Source: a virus
Lineage: Duplodnaviria > Caudoviricetes
Length of the DNA: 64,000 nucleotides
Strand: one strand, 5' to 3'
Virus record (IMG/VR): IMGVR_UViG_3300045391_001472
Coordinates: 7,736-71,735 of that record
Part shown: positions 47,901 through 56,952 of the stretch, piece by piece
How positions within the stretch are numbered: the first letter of the stretch is position 1
Layout of the letters: each line of letters opens with the position of its first letter
The notes under the pieces: model-generated
Database searches by the model: none
What the model was told of the DNA's origin: nothing
Seen by the model: the letters and a program-made list of their open reading frames with translations, nothing else
Program-made: the position numbers and the translations under genes

Positions 47901-50900
47901 CTTAATCAAGATAGCGGAGAGCCAGAAAAAACAGAACCTCCAAAAGAGCCTCCAACAGAAGCCCCAATAGAGGAAAAGCCTGAAGGTGGAAAGAAAAAAG
48001 CATTGGCTACAAGGCTTGTAGAATCCAAAAACATTCCAGAAGAAGCCCGTAAAGGGATTGAAGAAAAGGGGCTAAAATACGAGCCACAGAGCCGCGAAGA
48101 AGCAGCAACCATAGCCAAGACAATACTTGATGAAGCAGGCTTAGATGAAGCCATATTGCAGGCACAGGCAGGTAAATTTGGGGGAGATGTAAATACACTT
48201 GTCCAAACGGAAGCCCTAAACCGATTAGCTGAATTGTCGGACAAAGAACCCGAAGGGGCAACCAAATTTGAGTATGATAAAAAGTTTGCCGAAATAGCCA
48301 CAAACCTTGATGAATGGTTAAGAACACAAGCCGGACGGGGAATATCCGCTTTGAATTACTTCTATAAAAAATCTCCTTTAGGTATTGTAATGATGGAAAA
48401 TGCAAAAAGGGGAGAAGACTTCAAACAATGGTCAAAGCCAAAAGATAAATCATGGAAAGAGTTTTATGAGGAATTAAAAAAAGAACCTGAATTTGAACAG
48501 ATATTCAAAGAAGAAGTAAAAGCAGAATTAAAAAAAGAAAGAGCCGAAGCAAGGAAAACAAGAACGAAAAAAGTAGATGAGTTTTTTGATAAAGCCAAAG
48601 ATCAGTTTAAGGATAAAGGAGCAATGTATTCCACCATCATTCCTCCAAAAGTTATTACCGCAACATTGGAGGGGATGAAACGGGCCTATCATGCAGGGGA
48701 AGCGGTAGTTAAAATAGTACAAGATGCTATTGATTATGTTTCTGAAAAATTAGGACATAGTGATTGGGATAAAGAAAAGTTCAGAAAGGAATGGGAAGAA
48801 AAATTAAAAGATAAATTCACGCAATCTCCACTTGAAAAATATAAAGAAAGATTAAGGGGACAAATTGATGCACTTAACGAACAAATCAATAAGAAGAAAC
48901 GAAACATAAAACCAGAAACAAAAACTGAATTAGATAAAGAAGCCGAAGATTTAACCAAGCAAAGAGATGAACTTAAAAAACAACTTGATGAAATTGTACC
49001 TATAAAAGAAACAGAGGAATATAGAAAGAAGTTCATTGAACGATACAGAAAGAAACTAAGAGGACTTTCGGAAAAAGATAAAGATGAGGTTATCAGGCGT
49101 TCTTTCAAAGAACTAATTGAAAACGGAGCATTGGAATTTGATGATTTTAAAAAGATAATTGGACAAGTAACGGGAAGGGGAGAATTAACACCGGAGCAAG
49201 TAGCCAAAATGAAGGATTTGGTCAAGATGTTGAATGGCGCAGAAGAAGCGGGTAAGAAAGTTCAGGAGGAAAGAACAAAAGAATCATTGATTAATTTTCA
49301 CGCAGCGCAATTAAAAGCAGGAAAAGCACATCGGGAATTGAACGAACTGTTCAATAATAAACCCGATATAGTAAAGCGATTAACTTCTATCATGCAGTTA
49401 AATACATTGGGTATTCCGTCTTTAATCAACAACCCAATTTATAATGTATTCAATCAAATGTTCGTAAGACTTCCTGTTGGATTGACAAATGATATAATTG
49501 ATAGAACATTGGCTGCAATAGCTAAACTTAGAGGCAAGCCTTATGAAAGAGAATGGAATGTATTAGAAACACAAAAAGAATTTTGGAGAGGATTAGGATT
49601 AGGTGCAAAAGAATCAGCAGAACAATTATTGACTGGATTAAATAGACAAGACTATATCCAAAAAGAGGTTTATGGCCAGCAAATCAGACCTTTCCGAGCA
49701 ATGAGAGATTTGATTAAAAATATACAGGGTAAAAAACCATTAAGCTCTGCTCAAAAATGGGATAAAGCATTGCAGGCAACTGTTGGTATTCCGGCAGAAG
49801 CTATTGCAAGAGTTTTGAATTTGGGAGATAAACCCCAAAGATTTGCAGCAGAAAGAGCGCAGGCATCTACGTTTGCAAAAGAATTAGGATTAAAAGATGT
49901 AATGGATAAAGCAATCTTCATGGAATTTCCAAGAGAAGAGGCATACAGAGCCTATAAAGCAAAAGGATTAAGTGATGTTGAAGCAGGAAAGAAAGCCGAT
50001 TATATAAAAGATGTTATCATTAAAGAAGGCCAGCGTTCAACTTTCCAACAAGATAATTTATTAAATCAGGTACTCACAAGAGCCTTTGGAGTATTTGGGG
50101 GAAAAGAAAGTGGGACAGCGAATTTATTAAAATCATTAACTGTTTCTCCATACATAAAAATTCCATCCAATGCTTTTTGGTCATTTTATAATTTAGTAAA
50201 TCCTGAAGTAGCATTACTTCAATCAATGATACATGGAGCAAGAGCGTGGAAATTAAAAGGGCAGGAAGGCAATGCTTCAAAATTAGCATTTAGAGAAGCA
50301 AGATATTGGATGGGTCATGCGATTACGGGTATAGCATTAAGGGCGGTAGTTTCTCAACTGGTGAACAATGGAATATTTACTCCAAGTCAAGAAGATGAAA
50401 CAAAAAAAGAAAGAGAAGGTAGAGCATTTTTTGAGCCACAAGGAACAGTTAATCTAACCAAATTAGGAGCATGGTTAAGAGGTGAAAATCCAAAAGATAC
50501 AAAAGGAGGAGTAACGATTTCAAGTAGATGGTTTGGGGTTTTAGGAATGACAGGAAATTCTATCGCTAAGAAGTACGAAGATATGACGCCCGAACAAAGA
50601 GAAAAACAACAAGAGTTTTGGAATATAGCATTAGGTGGAATGGAAGTAGATGGATTAAGCGAATTACAGAATGGAGTATTTAGCAATACATCTGCAATAA
50701 TAAACGCATTGGGAAGTGGTAGTTATGGAGCGCAGCAATATGGATTGAATGTGATGAATATGGTAATGAATATAGGACACCCTGCCGCATTAGCACAAAT
50801 ATCAAGGGCGCAACTTCCGTATTATACTACAAGCAAAGCAGATAATTTTAAAAAGCAATTAGAAAATTCAATACTTGTTCGTTCATCGGCTATAAGAAGT

Positions 50901-51416
50901 TTACTGAATAAATATCCTGAACCAAAACTAAGCATTTGGGGAGAACCGATGTTGAAGCCGGGCAATACCATTGAAAGACTTTTTGGAATAAACCATGTGA
51001 ATAAAGACAATTTTGCAAAACCCATTTATGAAGATGTAAAAGAAACGGGAGATATTGGATTTTTTCCTCCACCTGTTCCACCAACATTAGGAAAGAAAAA
51101 ATTAAATACAGAACAATCAAGAAGATTAATTGAATTGGTAGGACAAGCAAGAAAGAACTTAGTTGCTCCCTATATCAATGACATGGCAGAAATAGAAGGC
51201 TTTGGATTAAAGTACAGCGAACTAAAAGATAAAGATTTAAGAAAAAAAGTATTATCCTATCTATACGATTTAGGAAAAGAAGAAGGAGTTAAAAACTTCA
51301 TCAATGATTACCCTGAATTTAAAAAAGAAGGATTGGATATAGCCGATGAGATAAACAAAGCAAGGATGGAAGTATTTCAAGAAATCAATAAAGTAAAGAT
51401 TCTTAAACACCAATAA
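44913..51416 (+). CDS. giant ejection / polyvalent virion protein with ART-like insert
   Basis: 2167 aa; twin GYSDxEI N-terminal repeats; central YLRN...GYDGIVT...SEIVALDP domain; long helical C-terminal half. Confidence 0.7.
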   Translation: MPDGDKIPFDYLGAKKAGYSDSEIQGFLKQNYNFDFDITNARTSGYSDKEIADYITAYEPPSKKKEVGGLSSFMQGIGSEIGGQVGNGKAPLENVITQKTFKKNERPFDQTKEEAVTSATNKLNDIMYSEGEDWKDPLRASINGLKKSTTPKDAATHLGVNTLIENAIMPTGFDAKQTLNNSIWGKLDNNNLTSKALREKAQQYDIATAPLKESFDNKDLNNLNDYSKDVYSDLLGNAAIKKYAQDNPQFQKELDATGISLNDPDLFNRLPSGKRGAILNQELQDKDWRTYIEKENPKLAPIFEHTAQNLLTKNIDYGINQVANKVSKAVQETGYNNIEPIFNFHNKGHEEMNDLVAKQVLNPQEYQIWNDHIKDNQSQYMDEPSLFEGIASGIKNTASGYAKTFTEPFTTASQAVQDKWEKEASNVSADPKGLMKYTRDLGNVVGLVGTIMAGGNVTGLGNASNTAVAFFGDQLEQGKQKYPDSPIKAWTSAAVNTTLYAALSKDIFPTGKINQAFKSIEPEVSKVVDNLTTGNISKEIARQQLNTLGKKAFDFIGETLKGGAKISAELTTLTGINRGLDKIMGMDDKAFSEYHPDDELAKTLSNTFLTFLPVAGAARAGEMRQRNKVAEESYYQAAANPKYFNRVIDELAVKDPTINAEELKNNLQFLTDTKAELDKRKIDPKNQGRFLLEALKERANPKEENKNAEPTFQKQAQEDKKASQEIKERILNGEDADAIITKADQEKIDEAEEKRVELERLQKDKELDDKDFKAKRSELDGRTPEDKPKIERLEEDKKRSDEDYQREVEKLSPKQPETETQSPPTVSNEVKGNEVGDNKIATKETDIPEEGKPFQFSYLRNKEKAPNMGERFGQHIEPSGKYVVVSDGDFAKGKENFETGNMRFDKPLVIDFGGGYGEESNWKKVLSKRYDDKTGKELSEAIKKDGYDGIVTISEDKNGTKYTSEIVALDPKEIKNEKSENEIQQSTEIKEPSVTELNQDSGEPEKTEPPKEPPTEAPIEEKPEGGKKKALATRLVESKNIPEEARKGIEEKGLKYEPQSREEAATIAKTILDEAGLDEAILQAQAGKFGGDVNTLVQTEALNRLAELSDKEPEGATKFEYDKKFAEIATNLDEWLRTQAGRGISALNYFYKKSPLGIVMMENAKRGEDFKQWSKPKDKSWKEFYEELKKEPEFEQIFKEEVKAELKKERAEARKTRTKKVDEFFDKAKDQFKDKGAMYSTIIPPKVITATLEGMKRAYHAGEAVVKIVQDAIDYVSEKLGHSDWDKEKFRKEWEEKLKDKFTQSPLEKYKERLRGQIDALNEQINKKKRNIKPETKTELDKEAEDLTKQRDELKKQLDEIVPIKETEEYRKKFIERYRKKLRGLSEKDKDEVIRRSFKELIENGALEFDDFKKIIGQVTGRGELTPEQVAKMKDLVKMLNGAEEAGKKVQEERTKESLINFHAAQLKAGKAHRELNELFNNKPDIVKRLTSIMQLNTLGIPSLINNPIYNVFNQMFVRLPVGLTNDIIDRTLAAIAKLRGKPYEREWNVLETQKEFWRGLGLGAKESAEQLLTGLNRQDYIQKEVYGQQIRPFRAMRDLIKNIQGKKPLSSAQKWDKALQATVGIPAEAIARVLNLGDKPQRFAAERAQASTFAKELGLKDVMDKAIFMEFPREEAYRAYKAKGLSDVEAGKKADYIKDVIIKEGQRSTFQQDNLLNQVLTRAFGVFGGKESGTANLLKSLTVSPYIKIPSNAFWSFYNLVNPEVALLQSMIHGARAWKLKGQEGNASKLAFREARYWMGHAITGIALRAVVSQLVNNGIFTPSQEDETKKEREGRAFFEPQGTVNLTKLGAWLRGENPKDTKGGVTISSRWFGVLGMTGNSIAKKYEDMTPEQREKQQEFWNIALGGMEVDGLSELQNGVFSNTSAIINALGSGSYGAQQYGLNVMNMVMNIGHPAALAQISRAQLPYYTTSKADNFKKQLENSILVRSSAIRSLLNKYPEPKLSIWGEPMLKPGNTIERLFGINHVNKDNFAKPIYEDVKETGDIGFFPPPVPPTLGKKKLNTEQSRRLIELVGQARKNLVAPYINDMAEIEGFGLKYSELKDKDLRKKVLSYLYDLGKEEGVKNFINDYPEFKKEGLDIADEINKARMEVFQEINKVKILKHQ

Positions 51417-51428
51417 AAACATACAACT

Positions 51429-51620
51429 ATGCCATTTAAAAGTAGGGCGCAGGAACGGGCAGCATTTGGAGGATATTTAGGTGCTGAAATGAAAGCTAAA
51501 GCCCAACAATGGGCAGATGAAACACCAAGTCAAAAAGCTCTTCCAGATCATGTTGCCAAAAAGAAATCAGTAAAATTAAGGGTAAAAAAGAAGCCAAAAA
51601 ACGACAACGATATGTCATAA
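51429..51620 (+). CDS. small basic phage protein (MPFKS-x-AQ type)
   Basis: MPFKSRAQ...WADETP..KALPDHV. Confidence 0.6.
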   Translation: MPFKSRAQERAAFGGYLGAEMKAKAQQWADETPSQKALPDHVAKKKSVKLRVKKKPKNDNDMS

Positions 51621-51662
51621 ATTATATTTATTTTTACTTAACAATCCAATATTCTAAAACCA

Positions 51663-52181
51663 ATGGCACTTTCACCTGCGTTCACAATTTCGCAGTCTGC
51701 GTTAAGTCCATCAAATATTACTGCTACTGATACCAGTACGGGAAGTGATGGAGCGATAACATCCAGACGTATTTACTTTCAAACTTCACAAGGAACTTAT
51801 TTAGTAGAAAGTGGAACTTCCACAGATTATGAAGTTTGGAGCTATTCGGATTCTTCAGAAACTTTCAATGTTCTAACAACCGATCAAGCCCTCTCTATTA
51901 CGGTTCAATGGTTAGATGTTTCCAATAATGTACTTTATAGTTTAACACAAGTATTTTGCCTTTCAGAATTTAACCAACAATTTTTCTATTACTTAATCCA
52001 GCAACAAGCATTAACCCCTAATATAATTCAGGATTCAAATTATTTTTCAAACATAGCAAACTATTGGATGAATATAACAGGGGCAATACAGGCAATAGAG
52101 ATTGGAGCAGACGTAAGCGCATCCCAAAACTGTTTAAATAGGGCAACATATATGATGGATAATCAAGCCAACTTTTTTTAA
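51663..52181 (+). CDS. putative structural protein
   Basis: Ig-like N-terminus (ITATDTSTG); own promoter-like leader. Confidence 0.55.
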   Translation: MALSPAFTISQSALSPSNITATDTSTGSDGAITSRRIYFQTSQGTYLVESGTSTDYEVWSYSDSSETFNVLTTDQALSITVQWLDVSNNVLYSLTQVFCLSEFNQQFFYYLIQQQALTPNIIQDSNYFSNIANYWMNITGAIQAIEIGADVSASQNCLNRATYMMDNQANFF

Positions 52182-52735
52182 TGCCAACCATCCTCTCCAT
52201 ATCTGATATTATTGAACTCGGAAGGGTTTCAACTTACCTTTCTGCAAACTATACAAGTAAGCAAGCATTATTTGGAGGAAGTGTTATTAAGCCAACACCC
52301 CCTGTTCAAATTGCTTTTGTTACCGATGCTTTAGATTGGGGAAATTCGGGAGGGGCGCAAACATCAGCTTCCCTTCGTTCAACAGCAAATTATCTTTATT
52401 GGCTTTGCGGTAAATTTCAATTACAAGCACAAAATATTATTAGCGGAAGTGGTGGTGGAAGTGTAGTACCAACTCCAAGCGGTAGTTCATCTCCAAATCC
52501 ATTAGACTTTATTGTAGCAGATGATACATTCATTGCAACAGGAGAAGATACAGTTACCATTACTCAATTCATAGGGTTTAATGTCGAATTTGATAGGAAT
52601 GGGCAACCTCAATACACAACTAATCCATCAGATGGTTCAACATATTTTTCATGGAATAAAGTAACAGGTGAATTTGCATTATTGAATGGCGCAGCACAAG
52701 AAAGCGAAAGATTTAGAATAGTACCAACAAGATAA
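52181..52735 (+). CDS. putative fibre adaptor/structural protein
   Basis: TAATG coupling; G/S linker; FSWNKVTGEF; precedes the fibre. Confidence 0.5.
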   Translation: MPTILSISDIIELGRVSTYLSANYTSKQALFGGSVIKPTPPVQIAFVTDALDWGNSGGAQTSASLRSTANYLYWLCGKFQLQAQNIISGSGGGSVVPTPSGSSSPNPLDFIVADDTFIATGEDTVTITQFIGFNVEFDRNGQPQYTTNPSDGSTYFSWNKVTGEFALLNGAAQESERFRIVPTR

Positions 52736-52741
52736 AAATTT

Positions 52742-55177
52742 ATGAAAAAAATATTTCTGCTTATAACGATTCTCATTTTTTCATTGAGAGGAATTTGCCA
52801 GTACCCCATTCAGCAAAACATTGGAAGTGGTTCTACATTAGTTCAAGTTCCTCCCAATGGAGCAATGAAAGCATCTTTAATTAATAGAAGTTTTGTAGAT
52901 ACGATTGCCGCAAACCTGACAAACATAAAATACTATGCAGGAGCAATGATATTTACAACAGGCGTAGGACTTCCAGTAGATGTTTTTACAAATGTTTTAT
53001 GGATTAGAGATTTGACTGCAACCAAATGGTTAAAAGGGAGTGGGGGAAATATAACCTCTATCAATACTCTAACTGATTCAACTATTATCGTGTGTTACTC
53101 AAATGGCGTTTGTGATACACTATCATTCTCCAATACAGTAAATAACAATATCAATAACATCTACAATAACTCCATCACTAATATTTTTTTAATTAATGGT
53201 GATTCATGTATTGTAAGACAACTTGGAACTGGGATTAATCTTGATACTACTTGTTTTGGTTTTAAAATTTGCTCATTTGGTTCAACAGCGAATGGTTGTA
53301 AATTATGGGCTTGTTCATGCCCTGATACAGTTAATATAACCCCAACCTGCGATACAATAGATGTTACTTGTGCATCATTGTTTATGGCCGATAATGGGGT
53401 TGACCAAATTGAGCCGGGACATTTTCAATTAGGAGCAAAGCCCCTTCTACATTATACTTATATAGATGGGAATTATAATAAATTTGATATATTAAATAGG
53501 GTTATCCAAGATTATGGATTAGTAATAAGAGAATATCAATCATGGACAAATAATACGGCTATTTTAGGAATGAAACTCGATAATGAAAATGTAAGAATAG
53601 GATTTAATTATACGGGCGACCCAATTAGAACTACTCCAACTTATATTCCCGGCTATGCCACACCATACAAAGGATATTTTCTTTCAAGTAATGGTATTGG
53701 ATATATCAATCAACAACAAGGAAGACTTTTAGTAGATAGCAATACATGGAAAACAGCATTTGTATTTTTTCATGGGAAAGATACCGCCAATGATATTGCA
53801 TTAAGTTTAGGAGGAACACCCGCACCATTCACAGGGAATACCACTACCACCAACATGAGTAGTGCAATAGGATTGAATATTTATACCACAGGTAAAATAC
53901 AATATCCATTTTATATCCCCTCATCCTCATTTGAAAGTGGAGATACAACAGCCAATAAACCCGCCACTCTTGATGCTAATGGTAATGTAGGAAGATTAGA
54001 CCATTGGCCGAGTGGAGGAACAACGGCTACTCCCGCAGGAAATTATGGCGATGTTCAATTAAATAGGAATGGTGCATTTGCTACTCCCGCATCGGATAGT
54101 TTAATTTTTAATTCTGCACGATTAACAATATTAGGGCATCAAACAATTACTTCAGCTAACACAACAGGAACTACTACTTCTGCGTCATTAGTATTAAATG
54201 CAAATAGTCTTTTAGCTGGTACTGGATTTTATGCCGCATCATCTACTTTAACAAGTGGTTCGTTGGTTGATTTAGCTATTACTGGAACAGCAGCATTAAC
54301 TAATCAAAAAGGTATAAATATTTCTCTAAGTGGTGCAAACGGAACTGGCGCACAGACCACTTATGGTTTTTATGTATCTAATGCACATTCTGGAACTTCC
54401 TCTACAAATTATGCAGGTTATTTTAGCGCAGTAAATGGAACAACAAATAATACTGGGTTATATGCAGAAGGAAGTACCTATGGAGTATTTAGTTCTACTG
54501 ATGGTGCTGGCGGTATTGGTGTACTTGGACAAGCAACGAGTAGCGGAACTGGCGTGTATGCCGCCAGCGTATCTGGTACGGCAGCAAGATTAGTATCAAA
54601 TCCTTCTTCTACTAATACAGTAGTTACAGTAGGTACAATAGAAAGATTAACAAGTGGCACAGCAGCTAATGGAATTGGGGGGAGTTTAGATTTTCTTAAT
54701 AAAACAGTTGCTGGGGTTACATTAACATCAACTCAATTAATATCAAAATGGACTGCTGCTGCTTTTTCAACAAGAACTTCGCAGTTTATAATTACAGGAA
54801 CGAATAGAGGTACAAGCGTAAATAAATTCATTGTTGATAGTAGTATGATACAGGCTTCTGCTATTAGGTTCTCAACAGCAAAAGGGGCGGATGTTGGGAG
54901 TGCAAATGATTTGACATTAGGAGCAGATGGAAATGTTTTTCACATTACAAGTAATACAACCATCAACGCAATAGTTGTAGCAAATTGGCAAGCAGGAAGT
55001 GAAATCACTTTAATATTTGATTCCAACCCAACCGTAAAAAATAATACAAGTGGAAGTGCAGGAACAGCAGTAATGTTATTAGCAGGGGGCGTAGATTTTT
55101 CAGCAACAGCAAATGACGTTTTGAAATTAGTGTATGATGGGACAAGTTGGTATGAAGTAAGTCGTTCAGTAAACTAA
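52742..55177 (+). CDS. tail-fibre/spike-like protein with Sec signal peptide
   Basis: MKKIFLLITILIFSLRGIC|Q; 10 clustered Cys; G/T/S/A beta-helix-like body; C-terminal GNVFHIT...YDGTSWYEVSR fibre-tip domain. Confidence 0.75.
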   Translation: MKKIFLLITILIFSLRGICQYPIQQNIGSGSTLVQVPPNGAMKASLINRSFVDTIAANLTNIKYYAGAMIFTTGVGLPVDVFTNVLWIRDLTATKWLKGSGGNITSINTLTDSTIIVCYSNGVCDTLSFSNTVNNNINNIYNNSITNIFLINGDSCIVRQLGTGINLDTTCFGFKICSFGSTANGCKLWACSCPDTVNITPTCDTIDVTCASLFMADNGVDQIEPGHFQLGAKPLLHYTYIDGNYNKFDILNRVIQDYGLVIREYQSWTNNTAILGMKLDNENVRIGFNYTGDPIRTTPTYIPGYATPYKGYFLSSNGIGYINQQQGRLLVDSNTWKTAFVFFHGKDTANDIALSLGGTPAPFTGNTTTTNMSSAIGLNIYTTGKIQYPFYIPSSSFESGDTTANKPATLDANGNVGRLDHWPSGGTTATPAGNYGDVQLNRNGAFATPASDSLIFNSARLTILGHQTITSANTTGTTTSASLVLNANSLLAGTGFYAASSTLTSGSLVDLAITGTAALTNQKGINISLSGANGTGAQTTYGFYVSNAHSGTSSTNYAGYFSAVNGTTNNTGLYAEGSTYGVFSSTDGAGGIGVLGQATSSGTGVYAASVSGTAARLVSNPSSTNTVVTVGTIERLTSGTAANGIGGSLDFLNKTVAGVTLTSTQLISKWTAAAFSTRTSQFIITGTNRGTSVNKFIVDSSMIQASAIRFSTAKGADVGSANDLTLGADGNVFHITSNTTINAIVVANWQAGSEITLIFDSNPTVKNNTSGSAGTAVMLLAGGVDFSATANDVLKLVYDGTSWYEVSRSVN

Positions 55178-55221
55178 TAAAAAGAAACAACATTAATTAA
55201 TCTAATAAAAACAATTATTTT

Positions 55222-55644
55222 ATGCAAATAGTAAATTTATCAGGAACATGGGATAATAATAAACCCAAAGTATCATGGACAATAGATTTCCCTGCTGGTT
55301 ATTCTTCATGCCATGAATTAGACTGTTTAAGGTTTTTAAATGGTACGTTAATAGATACTCTTGCACCCGGCTTTGTTGACCCAGTTGATTGCAATGCTCT
55401 TGGATTTAATGTATCGAAAGCAGCATGGAGTTTTACAGATGATTTTTCAACATGGCCTTCAGGGGAACAGGCAGTACCACTTCCACAACCGGGAGATACT
55501 TTAGAATATGCCATGACTGGTGATTTATCGGATGGAACATTAATTGCAAGCAATCCTTATCGGATTCAATTTGTAATTCCAACGGCAGCAGCACCAACAG
55601 CAAATAATACTCCTGTTTCAAAAGCACACGGTAAAAAAAAATGA
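55222..55644 (+). CDS. FN3/Ig-like small protein
   Basis: VSWTIDFP...SFTDD...GDTLEYAM beta pattern. Confidence 0.45.
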   Translation: MQIVNLSGTWDNNKPKVSWTIDFPAGYSSCHELDCLRFLNGTLIDTLAPGFVDPVDCNALGFNVSKAAWSFTDDFSTWPSGEQAVPLPQPGDTLEYAMTGDLSDGTLIASNPYRIQFVIPTAAAPTANNTPVSKAHGKKK

Positions 55645-55683
55645 CGAAAAGAAAATAATCTATAACAACCTTAACCATCTATT

Positions 55684-55965
55684 ATGAATCCCATCCAATT
55701 AACATTAACTATCATTGGAATAATTGGGGGATTGATTTCGTTGATAAATTCATTAGCGAAACAACATAAAAGAGCAGTTCAGGTTTCGGCTATTTTAATG
55801 ATAGTGGTTGGTGTAATAGTGATAGCGGGGCATATAGCAAAGGATAGATTACTTTATCAGATACCCGCAGATCAAATAGGGATGTCATTATTGTCTGCTA
55901 TATTTTTTATCATTTGCGGTGTATTGTTTTTAGTAAATTCTTTTCATATTAATTATAAAAAATAA
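55684..55965 (+). CDS. 3-TM membrane protein
   Basis: Three hydrophobic segments. Confidence 0.65.
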   Translation: MNPIQLTLTIIGIIGGLISLINSLAKQHKRAVQVSAILMIVVGVIVIAGHIAKDRLLYQIPADQIGMSLLSAIFFIICGVLFLVNSFHINYKK

Positions 55966-55976
55966 AAACCACCATT

Positions 55977-56318
55977 ATGAAGTATATCTTAGGAGGATTA
56001 GACCCTGAATTATTCTTAGCCTGTATGTTTTTTGCAGGATTGGGAATTTTATTTGTTCTTTTATTGGGAACAAATCTTCGTCAAACGGATAGCACAGGTA
56101 AAGTGCAAGCCTTTTCTTGGGCTTATTTATGGAGTGATAATTTCAAAAGGATATTAGCTTCACTCATTGCAGTATTGGTAACACTTAGATTTATGACTGA
56201 ATTAATAGGTATTCCATTAAGCCCATTCAATGCTTTTTGCATTGGTACTGCATGGGATGGTATTGCGTTATTGATTAAACAAAAGTCAACAATTCTTGAC
56301 CCAAAACCTAAACCATAA
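55977..56318 (+). CDS. holin-like 3-TM protein
   Basis: Three hydrophobic segments, basic C-terminus, in the lysis region. Confidence 0.55.
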   Translation: MKYILGGLDPELFLACMFFAGLGILFVLLLGTNLRQTDSTGKVQAFSWAYLWSDNFKRILASLIAVLVTLRFMTELIGIPLSPFNAFCIGTAWDGIALLIKQKSTILDPKPKP

Positions 56319-56755
56319 TGCCTCCTGAACAGGAATTTAATAAAGCGATCAAAACATTCTCTGCCACCAAAAGAGGATTTTATATCTTTCTGATACTTGC
56401 AGTATTAGTAGGAATGTTTTTGGTTGGGAAGTATTTTAGGAATACACCTATTGCAGATTGTACCAAATGCGAAGAAGAAAAGAAAGTATTAGTAGATGTA
56501 ATGTTGGATATAAGAAAACAAATGAAACCACTCATAGGCGATACTACTCATTCAGCATTTGATATTCATTTTAATTCAGGAGCAGCTTTATTATTTCCGT
56601 TTGTTGATACTGTACCAAAGAAAAGAGTTGCGGCTAAAGTTCAAGTGGTTCAATTAAAAAACCAACAGCAACAAGTAGCCGTAAAAGTAACACACGAAAT
56701 AGATTCGATAATAAGAAAACTTCAACAACACCAGCAACAAAAACCTAAAAACTAA
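56318..56755 (+). CDS. single-TM protein with periplasmic CxxC/coiled coil
   Basis: TM near the N-terminus; CTKC; DTT, DTV and DSI sequons. Confidence 0.6.
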   Translation: MPPEQEFNKAIKTFSATKRGFYIFLILAVLVGMFLVGKYFRNTPIADCTKCEEEKKVLVDVMLDIRKQMKPLIGDTTHSAFDIHFNSGAALLFPFVDTVPKKRVAAKVQVVQLKNQQQQVAVKVTHEIDSIIRKLQQHQQQKPKN

Positions 56756-56760
56756 AACCA

Positions 56761-56952
56761 ATGGGACAACAACAATATGTAGTACAGTACAATGATGTTA
56801 CTGATTTATACTTGGTGGTCTATGACCCCGATTATAATAATTGTAAATGGGGAAATGCTGAATCAGCTTTGACGTGGACAACATTGGAGGGGGCGCAAGC
56901 AATGGCGGCAAGTATAGGACACGGTACTGTGGGAACGCCTAAACCTCATTAA
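56761..56952 (+). CDS. small soluble protein
   Basis: 63 aa ending GTVGTPKPH; TAATG-coupled to the 4-TM gene. Confidence 0.55.
   Translation: MGQQQYVVQYNDVTDLYLVVYDPDYNNCKWGNAESALTWTTLEGAQAMAASIGHGTVGTPKPH

Noticed and set aside
15521-50686. Long antisense ORFs such as 15521-16183, 31856-32602, 47906-48301 and 48734-49225
   Set aside because: They are shadows of strongly coding plus-strand genes, with mirror-biased composition and no motifs.
30726-55177. Diversity-generating retroelement acting on the fibres
   Set aside because: No reverse transcriptase in the window and no near-identical template/variable repeat pair with adenine-specific differences was seen.
55630-55645. Programmed frameshift at the A9 run ending ORF 55222-55644
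   Set aside because: A-runs are common in this AT-rich genome, shifted frames stop quickly, and no stimulatory structure follows.
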